Origin: Hydrolagus colliei
Lineage: Eukaryota
Direction of reading: 5' to 3'
DNA: 64,000 nt
Assembly: GCA_035084275.1 (NCBI GenBank)
Contig: CM068757.1
Span: forward strand, 4,154,001 to 4,218,000
Both the position numbers and the translations under genes were made by a program. How positions within the stretch are numbered: position 1 is the first letter of the stretch; the number at the start of each line of letters is the position of its first letter. Shown in pieces: positions 1 through 13,094 of this stretch. The notes beneath the pieces are model-generated. The model did not search any database, was not told the origin of the DNA, and saw nothing but the letters and a program-made list of their open reading frames with translations.

Positions 1-1384
1 CGTTGTGGTACAGTTTCACAGATGCTGTCTGTCTTTTGGGATCATTACTCAATTGACCATTTGTTTGACTCCAGACCTTTAAGTGGCTTTTAATGCTATG
101 CCATTGCTCTCAGGGCAGAAATGTTAAGAAGTTAGGCGTTTGCCACCAGGGAGGGAAGAAAATGAATATATGCCCGTCCTGAATCATTCTCACATGCTCT
201 ACTGTCTGGTGATCGATTTGAGTAGAATTGTCAGTAGTCTCAAAAGTTTCCTGTCTCCCATGAGCAATAGTAACCTATATACTATATATATTATTTAATA
301 TATATACTTGAATGATGTTTAAGGCAAAGATAATTAACATCTATAAATGCCATATTTATTTTTCTCTATATAGATAGTTTAAGCAAAACACTGTAGATTG
401 GATTTTAAAGGTTATATTTGTGGAACCGCTTAGAAATAAATTAGGATTTTGTCAATCATGAAACAATTCATTGATAATACATTTCTGTATGGCACAAGGA
501 GATGTGCTCTGCTGTACAGAGCTCCCTTTTATCTCTACTTCTTTTTATATGCTGTACTTTCCAATGTCTTTTTTTTTAACTGTATATTGGTGTAACATTC
601 ACAATAAAGACAATTTGGGTCTGTTTTTAGGTGGAAAAAATTCCTTTTGTGCTGAATGACAAAAAAAAAAGGCCATTGGACAGCTCACAGCGCAGTCCAA
701 ATATAAGGCTACATCATGTAACACACATGGGGAGGTTCCTACTTGTTCTGAAGACTAGTAAGTGCATAATTTAACATTGCAACTCTTGTTCATCTTCACA
801 AGTGATACCAAACATGTGGATACACAAACTCCTGTGAAAGCGGAAACTCAGTATTTAAAGGGTCAATCAAGTTGAAGACCGTACCAGAAGGGGGAAACCA
901 GTGGAAACATTTTCGAAAGAGATCTTTGATGAACATGTAATCAGACACAGACTGATGAGGCTTCAGGCAATGTTTAAAAACGAGGACAGTTCATTTCTAG
1001 TTCAAAAGGGCACCGAACAATAGCAGCCCTTACAACAAAAAAAAACCCACTGACCCCCTTCCTTCACATGCAGGAGGGAAAATGCTAAAAAAAAAAGCCC
1101 TAAGAATCACCAGAGCAAACTGTTGAGAAGGGAACTCTCTGAGTGAATCAACAAGGGTCCAGCAAAGATTATGACTTTGGCAGCAGTGTTTAATTTCCTG
1201 ACAAGCAGCATTTCCGACTCCAGCTTGGAAAGGGTGCCCCCAAATAATAGCCCCATATACATGTCAAACCTTCAAACACATTTTGCTCCCGTCAGTTTTT
1301 GATATAACTCTCATCACTACGTCCAAATTGGAAATGTTTGGACACATGTACCTGAAAACAAATCCGCCAAGATCCACATAAATT

Positions 1385-1452
1385 AGACAGAGGAACAGGT
1401 TCGATGGGCTGAATGGCCTCCTCCTTTCCCTGTCTTCCTTGGATCCTATGTT
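1385..1452 (+). mobile_element. CR1-type LINE 3' UTR/tail fragment
   Basis: GATGGGCTGAATGGCCTCCT...CCTATGTT matches the tail of the better-preserved CR1 copy at 17226-17282. Confidence 0.7.
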
Positions 1453-1778
1453 CCCCCACCCCTATGTTAGCTCATTTCTATATGTTGAAATCCTGAATAT
1501 TGTGCCTGCCCTGCATTTATTTCAGTTTTATCGTCAAAATCCAGATGGGTATTCAAGCTGCTGGTAGAATGACACTAACGGTGAACTATTTGGCAATAAG
1601 ACAATTTTTTCTCTCTCTCTCATGTGTTGCATGTTATAATAATCTGAGAATTGTGCAGTACAGTGAAAATGTATCTATGTTTTTGGCAACAGCAATAACC
1701 AACAGTGACAACTTGCACTTGCATCGTGTCCTCCATGGAGGATAGCATCTCTCTTGAATAAGTGCTTAACAGTGACTC

Positions 1779-2218
1779 CAGAGCCAGTGGGAGGTGGCCG
1801 TAAGCGCGGTTGCAGAGGAACGTACTTCATAGAGGGGAGAGAGGGGGCAAGGCAGAGGGATTGAGAGGGAGAATGTTCCAGAGTATTGGTGCATAGTGAC
1901 GTTGATGGGAGGGTGGAGGGTGCGAGGAACGAGCAGGAGATCAGTGTCAGTCGGGCGGAGGCGCTGGGTGGTGGATTGGGGAGTGAGGAGGTCGGAGAGG
2001 TTGGGAGGAGCCAGGGAGTGAGTGGATTTGAACGCGAGTGTGAGGATCTTGAAGTTGATCCATTCGGTGATCCAGCGGAGCCTGGCCAGAGCTGGTGGAA
2101 TATGGGTTCAGAGTTTGGTCCAAGTCGGTATGCGGGCGACAGAGTTCTGAATCAGCTGGATCTTTTGAATAGTGGAGCTGGGGAGTCCGGCGAGGAGTGC
2201 ATTGGAGTGATTCAAGCA
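1779..2218 (-). mobile_element. L2-clade LINE, degenerate ORF2 C-terminal fragment
   Basis: The minus-strand peptide LNHSNALLAGLPSSTIQKIQLIQNSVARI matches the L2 ORF2 motif LDYxNALLAGLP...LQLIQNxAAR. It is followed by a frameshifted LHWLP/FKI-like region and a C/T-rich region. Confidence 0.85.
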
Positions 2219-4317
2219 TATAATCTGACACATACAGAAACCCATCACCATGCTTACAAACCAACGTGCATTTGTATGCCAACCACACATGAAAATTTCC
2301 CTGTTCTGCAATGAAATGTGCACTCTCTTCCTGGAAGGACCCACCGTGCTGACTGAATTCTGGAGAATATCATTGAAAATTGCACAAAGGAAGCCCATTT
2401 GGTGTTATCGTTTCATCTGCTCTATTTTCTTTTAACCTGCCACTTTTTGTTAGAACCACAAAGCAATATCCTCCTTCTACTAAAACCACCATCCAACCCT
2501 TCTGCCACAGCTTTAAAAAGGAATTTTGAAGCCAATTGACTTACAACAATCCATTAAATTGTAATTGTCTCACCCACCAATCTCAATGATCAAGTGTGAA
2601 ACCTGCCCACTACCAGAACATAGAATTATGCATTTAATGTAACACACACAAAAAAAAACATTCGCACCACATAATTCTTCATCACTAGACCCCAGCATGT
2701 AATAAACAATTATATTTTTTATCATTTTTTTGGGGGGGTGGGTTTCTGTTTAATGGTCATATCAGAAATAATTTATCTAAATAAATTATTATTTAATTTA
2801 GATAAATAAATTCTTTATCTATCTGTCCACAAAGAGATCATTCTTGTGGACTTGAGCGCATTTCCAGCTGTAACTGACACAAATGACATGAATGAATGTG
2901 TGCATTAAACAATGAAATGTGCGTGAAAATTGACAAGCCTCAATTCTATCCTTGGAGTCAAACGTTTACCATGGTTCTGGTGAGACCACACCAATTGAAT
3001 TAAGTATCAACTTACAGAACTCTTCAGGACAATGTAGGATAGGATTGCCACAGTTATCTGGAGTAGCAGTCGACAGGGGCAATTAGCACTGAACATGTGT
3101 ATTTTTTGAAATGTCTATTCTTCCTCAACTATCTGTTTTATTTTAGGCAGTTCTGGTCTAATTGACAATAGCATAAGTTGAATGTCGTCAGTGGATGATG
3201 CTAAGCATGGTGAAAACTTCACTGAAATCATTGCAAGTTATGAAACTTTTTGAGAACATTGCACAGATCCCTGGGACTGTTGTGCTGTTGCCTGAGATTC
3301 CTACCTTTCTAAAATTAACTCTAAGCTATTCAAATCCCAGTGAAAAAATTTGGAAAACACATTACTGTCATATGTTCCTAAGAAACGTTATACAGTTCTT
3401 GAATAAGCATTTCTATAAATTGCAGCCCAAAAGAGCCAATTTGAATACTGGATCTCTGAATCACAATTCATCTGTTCATTTACTCAGTGATTTGATCTGA
3501 ACAATAGCAGCATAAAGTATCGAATCAAACTGGGAATTCAATATCAATTGTTTTAAATGGGCAAGAAATTCTGCTGTGTGTAAATGGGAGTTGGTGATGC
3601 ATTCGTTCTATTTCAACTTCAACCTCAGAAACTGGATAATTGTGGAGCATTTAATATTTGGAGCAGGATTTTATATTTAAATGTTTTGCTTGGAATAGCA
3701 ATTCTGTAACGTGGGAATGAATAGGAAGTGGTTTGATTCATTGGAATTTTATACTGGGATCAGAATTATGTTTGGATCAGTTATTAGTTTTATTTGGATC
3801 CGGTTGTGTAAGCAAGGAGAGCAAAGGTCATTGCTCACTTCAATTAACTACTTGACCACAGAGTTCGCAGAAAGGTGAGCATTTATGCAAGTTCCCCTTT
3901 CAACGTTTTACCAGCTAATGCCCAGTTTACACTCCTGGAAGTGATTTGCGATTCCAAAGCAACAGTCGAGGGATTTGGAATGAAAAGCGAGAGCTGTATT
4001 TCCCATTCTGTAATCTCATCTGCCAAGGTTTTGAGGCGTGCACAACAATGCGGTAATTTTTATAATGTTTTTGTAAGGTTGTGGAACTAGTCAGGTGTGT
4101 GCCTGTTCAATACCACCGAAATGATTGCTCCACATGTCCTGGCGGAACCAGCCAACTCTAGTTTCTAGGTTTAACATGAATCGAAAGCACTTTAGACTCT
4201 ACTTTAAGAGACGACAATTACAGAACTGAGAAAAAAGACAATTGAGACAAAGAGAATCAGCTTTTTAAAAAAAAATTCCCCTTCTTTGTAACTAGCTAGC
4301 CAGGCCCAGAACCATCA

Positions 4318-4411
4318 CAGTCACTTCACTCTATGGTACATGCTGTGAAGCGCTTTGAGATGTTTCAATGACATGATGAGGCACTATATCAAACGCAAGG
4401 ATTATTATTAC
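4318..4411 (+). mobile_element. SINE 3' tail fragment (main family)
   Basis: CAGTCACTTCACT...GTGAAGCGCTTTGAGATG...ATATCAAACGCAAGGATTATTATTA. Confidence 0.8.
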
Positions 4412-4552
4412 TAGAGTTTCAAAATATCATAGAAATTTACAGTCCAGATGGTGGTTATTTGGATCATGTTAACTCTGCCAGATCTTTGTCATTTTCTGAC
4501 TTTATCATATCTTGATAATGTACCACAGGCAATGCTTAGAAACGTTTTTTTA

Positions 4553-4712
4553 ACAATAATAAATTGGTCATTTTAACCCACGGCTGTTTTGTGGGACACT
4601 GCTGTGCGCAATTGGCTGCCTCGTTTCACCCACATATATGCAGTCAATTCACTTTACAGTATATTCTGAAAGACACATCAAATGCAGGGATTAATATTAC
4701 CATATTATTATT
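4553..4712 (+). mobile_element. 5'-truncated SINE with internal deletion (main family)
   Basis: AATAATAAATTGGTC...GGGACACTGCTGTGCGCAATTGGCTGCC...CAGTCAATTCACTTTACAGTATATTCTG...CAAATGCAGGGATTA. Confidence 0.85.
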
Positions 4713-6084
4713 TCTGTGAGCCGAACTGTGAGCCTGGTTACAAAGGAGTTAATTCCTTCTCTTCCAGCGCTGCAAGGCTGAGAACACAAGGCTTTCTGAA
4801 ACAGCTATGGACCTCTAATTAATGGATGGATCCCCACTTGTGCAAGGCGAGGCAGATTCCATATTGAGGAATCTCATTGGAAATCTCACAACTTTAGACC
4901 CTTCTTTACATGTTGAGAGTTCCCATTTTAAACATACTGTTGGGATTTCTGACTCGTCTAATCAAAGGTCCACATGTACCTGCAGGTGTGGCAAATGAAG
5001 AATAAAAGCAGAGAGCAAAGGTAGGACAAAGGACAAAAGGAACGGAAGACAGGAAAGTTTGAGGACAAGGAAATGATTGGAAATCAAGTGTCAGGTTTGT
5101 GTGCAGTGTAGAGAATAGTCCTCCTCCCTCTCTCCCTTTGACCCATTTGCACAATAATTTCCTATAATATGGGTGCTGGCAACAGCGCTGTAAAACGAGG
5201 TGCAGAGAATTTCACAATGCGCTATTCAGTGTATGAAAGCCCATGAGTTCTGAGCATATTGGCAATCAAAGAGAAAGAGAGAAACCTCCTTTTTATTTGA
5301 CTAGCCTCACAATCTGGCACGGAGAGAGAGATAGAGAGAGAGAAAAAAATGGGTTTTTACAAAGCGTTTCTTCATTGTATATTTTCAAGATGTGACAAAT
5401 GTGGAAAATGTCAAACAGTTTTGCGAGGAGATTGGAAATGATGAGCTATTGAGAGGGACAGCGCTGTCATTATACAGTGGAAATTGTTTTCACATGAACA
5501 GATTAGTTTGCGTCAGCTGCTTTTTACCCGAATTAGTTTGATCAGAATCACAGAGGATGTACAGTTACGCAACTGTAGAACTTGTTACTGGGGATCAACA
5601 AGCCGTTGAATGGCTTTAGCTTTGTGATCACAAGCGGCAGATTAATTTATGGTGACTAGGAGCAGCTTTGCCCCTCCGACGGCAACAACCTTTTGCATTT
5701 ACAGATTTACATTTAAATTTACATTTACCCTGTCCTTCACGCAGGGTGGCATCTCGGGAGTTCTACTGTGTGGCAGAAGAAATCTGTCTCCAGTAACAAG
5801 TCGTTATTTTAGAAAACATTTGTTTACTGACAAAAAGTGCTAATCCTCCTTTCCTATCAATCATGAATATTCACCCCACACTTTTAGTTTGGGATCCATC
5901 CAGCTCACGGAGTAAATTTGTTAGGGGGTGGGGGGGGGGGCAAGGTGGGCTATGCTAATCACGCCACAGAAGGAATTACAAGTGCACTGTAAAATTGTGC
6001 ATTTAACAGGTGGTGAAAACCATTTGTGATGATGTGCAATTGTGAAGCTTTGAGTGGTCAAGTCCAACTTTACCCTCACTCAAC

Positions 6085-6153
6085 GTACATACACACACAC
6101 ACACATAGATGCATACACACACACATGCATACACGGATGCATACACACACACA
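6085..6153. repeat. imperfect (CA)n microsatellite
   Basis: Three interrupted ACACAC runs with GCAT/ACAT spacers. Confidence 0.85.
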
Positions 6154-6689
6154 CTTTCCAGTAGGGGGGTCAGTAGGGATATCAATCCAGAAATGGAATC
6201 ACTGGCTGCCTTTTTCCACCTTAAACTAAGGAACATTTAAGGTTAATCAAAGTTTTCTAATTGCTGCAGTGTCTGGGAAGAACTAACCCAGCATAGGGCA
6301 GAATGTAAACCTGTCACCTTTTGGTGTCTGAATGGATGAAAATATACTCTATGCTGTGCTATTTATTTAATTGGGCCATTGGAGGAGCTCAAAGACTTTT
6401 TTTTCACGTAACGGTTCACATGTCTCATCAAGGAGACGAATCTATTCGAAAATCTTTCCGTTTGTCAAAACAAGCACGGGAAAGAAAGTGGACCTTGGTG
6501 ACACAAATCCTGAACACTTCTTACTGTACCACAGGGCAAACTCTGTTTTGCAGTAACAAAAAGCAACCAATTGCATTGATATAGCTCCTTTCATGTCATG
6601 CGGACATCCCAAGGCACTGGACAGAGATTTGGACACGACAGTGACTGTCATCGTCAAAGTCATTGTCTCAGGCATCAATACCACTACTT

Positions 6690-7040
6690 GGAGCTCCTGT
6701 GGCTCAGTGTTTGGAGCACGTGCCTTGCAAGCTGGGGAGACCAAGCTGGAGAGACCTGTGTTCGAATCCAGGCAGGTCAGGGCGAAACCTTGGGCAAGTT
6801 TCCTTACTCCACACGCCTAATAATAATGATCCCTCCAAAAAAAAAACACAATAATAAAATTGGTCGTTTCAATCCACGACTGTTTGTGTGGGACACTGCT
6901 GTGCGCAATTGGCTGCCGCGATTCACCCACAAATATATACAGTCAATTCACTTTACAGTATATTCTGTGACGCGCTTTGGGACGTCGATAAGATGTGAAA
7001 AGCGCTATATCAAATGCAAGGATTAGTATTATTATTATTT
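6690..7040 (+). mobile_element. full-length tRNA-derived SINE (tRNA head + Deu-like segment + L2-type tail)
   Basis: A-box-like TGGCTCAGTGT at 6700-6710 and B box GTTCGAATCC at 6760-6769. Core CTGTTTGTGTGGGACACTGCTGTGCGCAATTGGCTGCCGCG. Tail GCGCTATATCAAATGCAAGGAT(TAT)n. Colinear with the copy at 36667-36998. Confidence 0.93.
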
Positions 7041-10000
7041 TGCCAGCAGATCCCATTGACATGTTCACTCATAGCTCAGCAGCTACAACGATAATAATCA
7101 TTCTTGCTTTGCTCGTGTTGCAAAAATCATTATGCTATGGCCCGAGGCTAGACTGGCAGAAGTGAGGCTAGCTGTAACTTCACTGCAGGCAGATCGAGCT
7201 TCATACACTGAACCCATCCAAGGCAAATCAAAATGCCTGTTCAACGTAAAACCAAATGGTGAAAACGCCTACATATTTATTTTTGCGTTTGGATGGAAAA
7301 ATAAGCAAATAATATTAGTTTACTGATATTAGTTTACTAATATACTGGCAAACTTTTGGCAGTGTAACTAGAACCGTCTGCTGGGATGTTGAATTTATTA
7401 CTTACTGTTCCTAACATAAAAGATCTAGTGCAGAATTGTTCCAGAACGAAACTACTCTTATGAAAATATACACATATGAAAGCCAATGCAAGCTATTCTT
7501 AAGACTTAAAAGGCCATCCAGTGCTTACTGTAACATTATTTTTACAGTACATTAAATAACACAACTATAATGTTGGAGGGACCCTGCAGAGATAATGGTG
7601 CATTCTGACAGACTAAAGTTTGACATGTGTTGGCTGATTTCTTGGAGCATATGAGTAAAAGAAAACTGTGGAGCCAAGAGATTTCCTCTGAGAGCTCTGC
7701 TCAGTTGGCTGAATTTTAATTTGTTCCAAGTTCCTAAACTCCAGGTCTGGCCAAGGGAATCCCACTTGATGCATGAAGCGGGAGGCAATTTGAAGCATCT
7801 TATCACGCACCCCCTGACAATCTAACCAAACATGAAAAGATCTGAAAAAAACACTAAAATTGTTGCTTTGCCTCAGTTCCTTTGAACCCCAGGATTTGCC
7901 TCAAACACTCAAGACTTCATCAGGCTAGGATTGCACCCGCTGCTTAACATACCAGCAGCTAACTTTATTCCTTTAAGCTCAAAAGTCCACAAGTCATCAA
8001 CTGCTTATGTGTGTTTTGTGAGCTCAGAGATGTGCTGCTCTGGCATCTTGGACTTCTATCTTGAGGTCTGATTGTTGTGGTTAAGGAATTATTAATTCTA
8101 TTGAAAATGATAGGATTCTCATTGCTTTTTCAATGTAGTCACCAGAATATGCTTTCTGTCTACCAGCATCCAAGCCAAGCAGAGACAAAATACAGTACAT
8201 ATAAAATGGGGGTGGGGGGGTGGAGGTGGGGAGGGGAAGTTAAGTTTCTTAAAATCTGTGTTTGGGGTGTGAAAAATGGATCAGATTAATAAAAATAATA
8301 ATAATCATGCAATTGATATGGCATCTTAAGAGTGTGTAATGTGGATATCAATTTTCTTTCTGGTCTGATTTACTTGATGATCTCACATAACCGCAGCACC
8401 AAACCCCAAACCATTCCATGACACAAAGCTGGTAAAATAATTGTTCAGAAATGGTGGATCCCTAGTGCCAAATCTATCCAGGGAGGTATTACTTCAAACC
8501 TGAGTGTGTGCTTGGTGGATTTGGTGGCAAAATAATGTTGTGACTGACTGGGAAGAAGGAAAGGCATGAGGAAAGGCATGAATTCATAAAGGAGATTGTG
8601 CTCTTCTAGTTTTCTACGCCGATGGATTATGGTGAAAAGCAGTAGTGACTGTCTCTTTTTTTAATATGTATGTGGAGATAAAGGTTATGTGTTTTTTTAA
8701 AAAAAAAAGCTTGATGGCTATTCTTAGCCTTCTGCGCAAATGAATAAGATACTTTTCCCCCAAGGACCAAGTAGATTACATTCCCCCTCAGTGAACTTCT
8801 GGGATAAATATCGTCTGATCTTTGAACCCTAGAGTGGGTTTCAAGCTCATGATACAATCTAACTAAGTTTGTTTTAAAATGGACTGGGCAGGTCTAGAGT
8901 TACTCTACATGGCCTGACTTTTCTACATTAGACTCACAGTCTAAAACATGTTGTCACGAGTCTGACCTGCGACCCTTCATCTCCAGATCAAAGATTGCTG
9001 GCTTTACAGAAATACAAAATATAATTCAGAGAATAGCAAACAAGCACAAGTATCGTGACAGGGTAATCATTTGCCAATTGAACCTGAAATTTAGTATGAT
9101 TTAGTGCAATGTTATAACAGACACTTTACCATGTACTTCGCTATGTTTACATGAACATTTGAAGAGCAGTCTTTAGATGATTTACTTTTAGAAATGTTGG
9201 CATTCCAGAACCCAGTGGCTAACATATGCTGTGTTTAGATGACCTGCCTGGACCTCCTTTGGCTTAGAACTGGGTCCAGGATAGTCATATTAAAAACCTC
9301 TCGCTGTCCAAGAGTATGCTGAAAGTAAACCAAAAACCAGCAGAGGTCTGCTATGCCTTGATAGATAACTTTTTGTCAACAAAAAGCTGAGTGCTCATAC
9401 CTGCACTAAGACATCCATTAGTAAAGGTGTCAGAATATAATTTCTCAACCAAATAGTTTGGAAAGAGGTTACTGATCATGTGGAAGTGAACACAGATTAG
9501 TATCTTTCTTGTACCTGGAATTGTTATCTGAACATTGTCAGTATGCACTCGAAGTAATCCCCAAATAGAATATACTACAACTCCTCCCTACTTGCCCGCA
9601 CTACTCGCTATCACAATTTGTTGCTGAGTTTGAATGTTTACCGTCTCACCTTCGATGCAGGTTTCCTCCCCCAGTATTAACAATCTGTCAATCAGATTGA
9701 GAGGGGGGGGTTCATCAGCTTTCAGTCGCTCACAGCTGAGAAGCGCTTCACCGTGGGGAGGAAAATCTAACCAAGCAATTTGATGGAAAGGTTGAGGTTC
9801 CGACTGGTTCAATGGATTGAGATAACAACACACTGACCTGAGGGTGAAATTGTAAATGGCTTGATCTAAATTTCACCAGATCGATCTGACAGCAAAATAT
9901 CTTCAGCTTATGAAGATACGGAAATATATCTCAGACAATTCAAACATTAAACTTGCTGAAAAAGACGCGCAAATAAGTATGTGATATTTGTGGATGAACT

Positions 10001-10344
10001 GTCCATAAATTTCCAACCATGTGCATCTCCTTGAAACAAATGGTTCGAGATGTATTGACTTGCCGACCTGGCAAAGCCCTCGGCTCACTATTACCCCTGA
10101 ACCATAAGAACATTCATCAGCATCTCATGTGACAATTTACCAGTGATACTTGGTTAAGTTGACAATCAAAACAAGCATTCAGTAATTGGATTATGCAGTT
10201 TAACCAGCCTGAAATCAGGCCCTCGATCTCTAACAGCTTTAGTGATACTGACACCTTAATGCCCCTTTTGTAGTTAGCGATCTGGAGTCCAGCAATGTGA
10301 AGGCCGAGCCTCATTTTGGGTGTCTGGGACTGTCAAGTCGTCTT

Positions 10345-10415
10345 ATAAGAACATAAGAATTTGCTAGTGAAAGAAGACCAAGATCCATCCGGTTCGCCTT
10401 CCACCATCCTGGCAG
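10345..10415 (-). mobile_element. CR1-like LINE extreme 3' end with (TTCTTATG)-type tail
   Basis: ATAAGAACATAAGAATTTGCTAG...AGACCAAGATCCATCC; similar segments occur at ~30972-31035 and ~13713-13780. Confidence 0.65.
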
Positions 10416-12177
10416 CCGCTTGCCATATCATGTCCTGCACAATATATTATTTCTTGAGATGTTATTTCCCATCCAAAATCGATTTGTTATTTGTTCTTGT
10501 TTCTCCGAAGGCTTTTGAACCAGTCATTCCAACTGCAATGCCAATGTTCGGCTGTTTGCCCTCCACCAGCGTGACTTTCACCACATGCCTCAATAGGAAG
10601 TGCCCACACGACTCCATGCTGTGTCTTATCAGATCTGGAGTTTGTTTGAACGGCTGGTAGACAATCCCAGATACCGGCAGAGGCAAACTAGCAATGCACA
10701 AGCCACATATATTGATTGGAAACAGCGAGGTAAATGTTGCAATGTTACAATCAACTTATACTGTTTAATACATTAACTGGTTCTGGGTGAGCTAAAGGCA
10801 GAACCCCCACCTCCCCCTCTCCCCTCCATTGAACCCCTTTTCAATGGGCACATCTGAAAAGTCATCAGCCAATGCATATTGAGCATCCAGCTCGCAGATG
10901 ACTGCATTGGAATTCTGCTTAGTCGGATACTAACTAGAAACAAATCAAGAATAAAGCCTATGTCCCTAAGGTTCTTTTTAAACATAATGAGCTATCGTTT
11001 TAAAAACATAACTGTTAGTACATTTATATTTGAAAGACACCAGGGCTACCACACTAATGATTACATTTAGCTCTAAAGACAGAGAGTCTGATTAAGGGCT
11101 TTAGGAAGAATGCACCAAGGAGGATAGCATTACAAACTGAAAGAAAAAAATTCTGATTTTAATTATCGTCATCAACAAAAATTCTACGCAGCCTTTTATT
11201 ATATAGACACAGCGCTTACAGAAACATTACTAAACTAATTAATGACACATGGATAAAAGGCACAAATATAATACAAAAAGACAGGGATAGAACGTCTGTG
11301 CCTAAACAGATGTATTTTATGCACTGAAAGTTTAACCGAAACAGTGATCAGGAATTCTAGATGTTCCATATTCTGTGAGTATTTCACATCACCGACTGCC
11401 GATTGCGTCGTCTGAATGGTCAATTACAACGAGTGTTAATTAAAGGTGTATTTCACATTGCAATATTCACCCCCCAATAAAACTAAAGGTTTTATGATGA
11501 ATCAAAGATGGGTGTTGGGATGGACGGACAGGTTAGTCCCTGAGTTCACTGGTGTTATTACCAATCAGAACTGCTAGAAAATCAACAAATGAGGAGTAAT
11601 GATCGATGCTTAGGGGATAATCAAGGTCTGGAGATACTCAGCCTGACACCTTGAGGCAGACAAATTAATGTTAATTCCCGTTTACATTAAACCCCATTTA
11701 TATTACAAAGCTGCCCCTACAGAAAAACCCTGCCTTTGGCAGCAAGGCTCTCGTCTCTAGACCCAGTTATCACTAAATTCTAAAGTGGATCAACATCCCC
11801 ATCTCCAGTGTCAGCATGCAAATGGTTTACTGTGCTGTCTCTCAGACCCTGGCTGGCATTGTGTACTGGAGGGAAAGGGATGAGGCGAACATCTATAAGA
11901 ACTACAGAAAACCCGCGAGAAAGTCAAGCCCGAATTCAACAATTTGCAACACGCCGGATGCTCTAAAACACCAGATAAATAGAGTAAATCTTAGACTTAG
12001 GTGAAATTTCTTCCTCCACTGGTGAGGATATTCTGAAGGTTGTTCTGTGAGGCTGAGTTGTATTATCTGCCTTTGAGTGCTAATGGAGGTTTGCGCCTTG
12101 GTTTTATGACTGCCCATTGTGGGACGTGTGAATGTCTTTCTTATTTTCATCGCTTCAATATGATCTTCACAAAGGTC

Positions 12178-12362
12178 AATAATAATAATAATCCTTGAAT
12201 ATGGTAGAGCGCTTTTCACGTCTTCTAGATGTCTCCAACCGCTTTACGGAGCAACACCGTAAAGTGAATTGACTGAGTATGTGTGGGCGAACCGCGGCAG
12301 CCAATTGCACGCGTAAGTGCCCCACAAACAGTCCTGGATTGAAGTGACCAATTCTATTATTG
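12178..12362 (-). mobile_element. 5'-truncated SINE (main family)
   Basis: Reverse complement of the tail and core: AATAATAATCCTTG...GTGAATTGACTG...GCGGCAGCCAATTGCACG...CCCACAAACAGTC. Confidence 0.88.
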
Positions 12363-12442
12363 TACCAAGTGGCAAAATGTAAGAAAGGCTCCGACATAAA
12401 GTGACAGTGTGATATTGGCGCACACACACAGTGCACACATCT

Positions 12443-12502
12443 ACAACAACAACTTTGATTTATATTGCGCCCTCCACGCCGGACGGCGTCTCAGAGCGCT
12501 TA
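12443..12502 (-). mobile_element. ~60-bp L2-type 3' tail unit with (GTT)n end
   Basis: Reverse complement AAGCGCTCTGAGACGCCGTCCGGCGTGGAGGGCGCAATATAAATCAAAGTTGTTGTTGT; closely similar to 58099-58175. Confidence 0.75.
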
Positions 12503-12936
12503 AAGCACTTCCCATCTATGGTGGGAAACGCTTTGAGCGCAACCTCCCGAAGTGAAAGGTGCCACACCAAATGTAAAGATTACTATTCATTATGACAGAT
12601 TCCTCCCAAAGTAATCCAGATGAATAATTTTTGCAACAAAACACTATCAAATGCTGTATGTCAACATTTTGTTCCACAGAGTCTGACCCATTTGTTCGCT
12701 TGTTTTCCCAGTCAATCTTTCTACACTAATTTCTCCCCTCATCTTTTTAGGGAGCGTGGGGGGAGGGGTATGGATCTATGTTTTCCTTCCAAGTAAAAGC
12801 TCTGTGTTGAATGTTTGAGCATACTTTGATACTTTAAGTGTCGAGATGTGGGATGTGATCACACAAGAGAAATAATTTTGAAAAGTTCATCATTTTTGAG
12901 TACTATTTAGAGTTGTCATATTAATAAATAGTAACC

Positions 12937-13030
12937 ATACTTGCATTTGATATAGTGCCTTGGCACATCTTCACGATATCTCAAAGAGCTTCGCAGAATA
13001 TACTATAAAGTGAATTGACTGTACATTTTG
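12937..13030 (-). mobile_element. SINE 3' tail fragment
   Basis: CTTGCATTTGATATAGTGCC...TCTCAAAG...AAAGTGAATTGACTGTA. Confidence 0.82.
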
Positions 13031-13094
13031 TTTCCTTGCTATGGGACAGAGTGACTGATAATTAAGGCCAGGAGCTGCTTCCAGCCCATTTCTG

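Noticed and set aside
1886-2314. 142-aa + strand ORF
   Set aside because: It is an antisense reading of an L2 fragment.
2771-2807. AT-rich palindrome (ATTTATCTAAAT...ATTTAGATAAAT)
   Set aside because: Low complexity; plausible by chance or local template switching.
5450-5470. REST/RE1 site (GGACAGCGC)
   Set aside because: Only the right half-site is present; there is no TTCAGCACC half at canonical spacing.
6593-7026. Overlapping ORFs with similar peptides elsewhere (CSNPGRSGRNLGQ, TAVRNWLP, KCKDYYY at ~12.2, 36.7, 41.1, 44.1, 53.9 kb)
   Set aside because: These are translations of the non-coding SINE, not a gene family.
12427-12454. V(D)J 12-RSS (CACAGTG-12-ACAACAACT)
   Set aside because: The heptamer comes from a CA run and the nonamer from an (AAC)n LINE tail. 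The conserved A-tract is broken, and there are no V/D/J segments or partner RSS.
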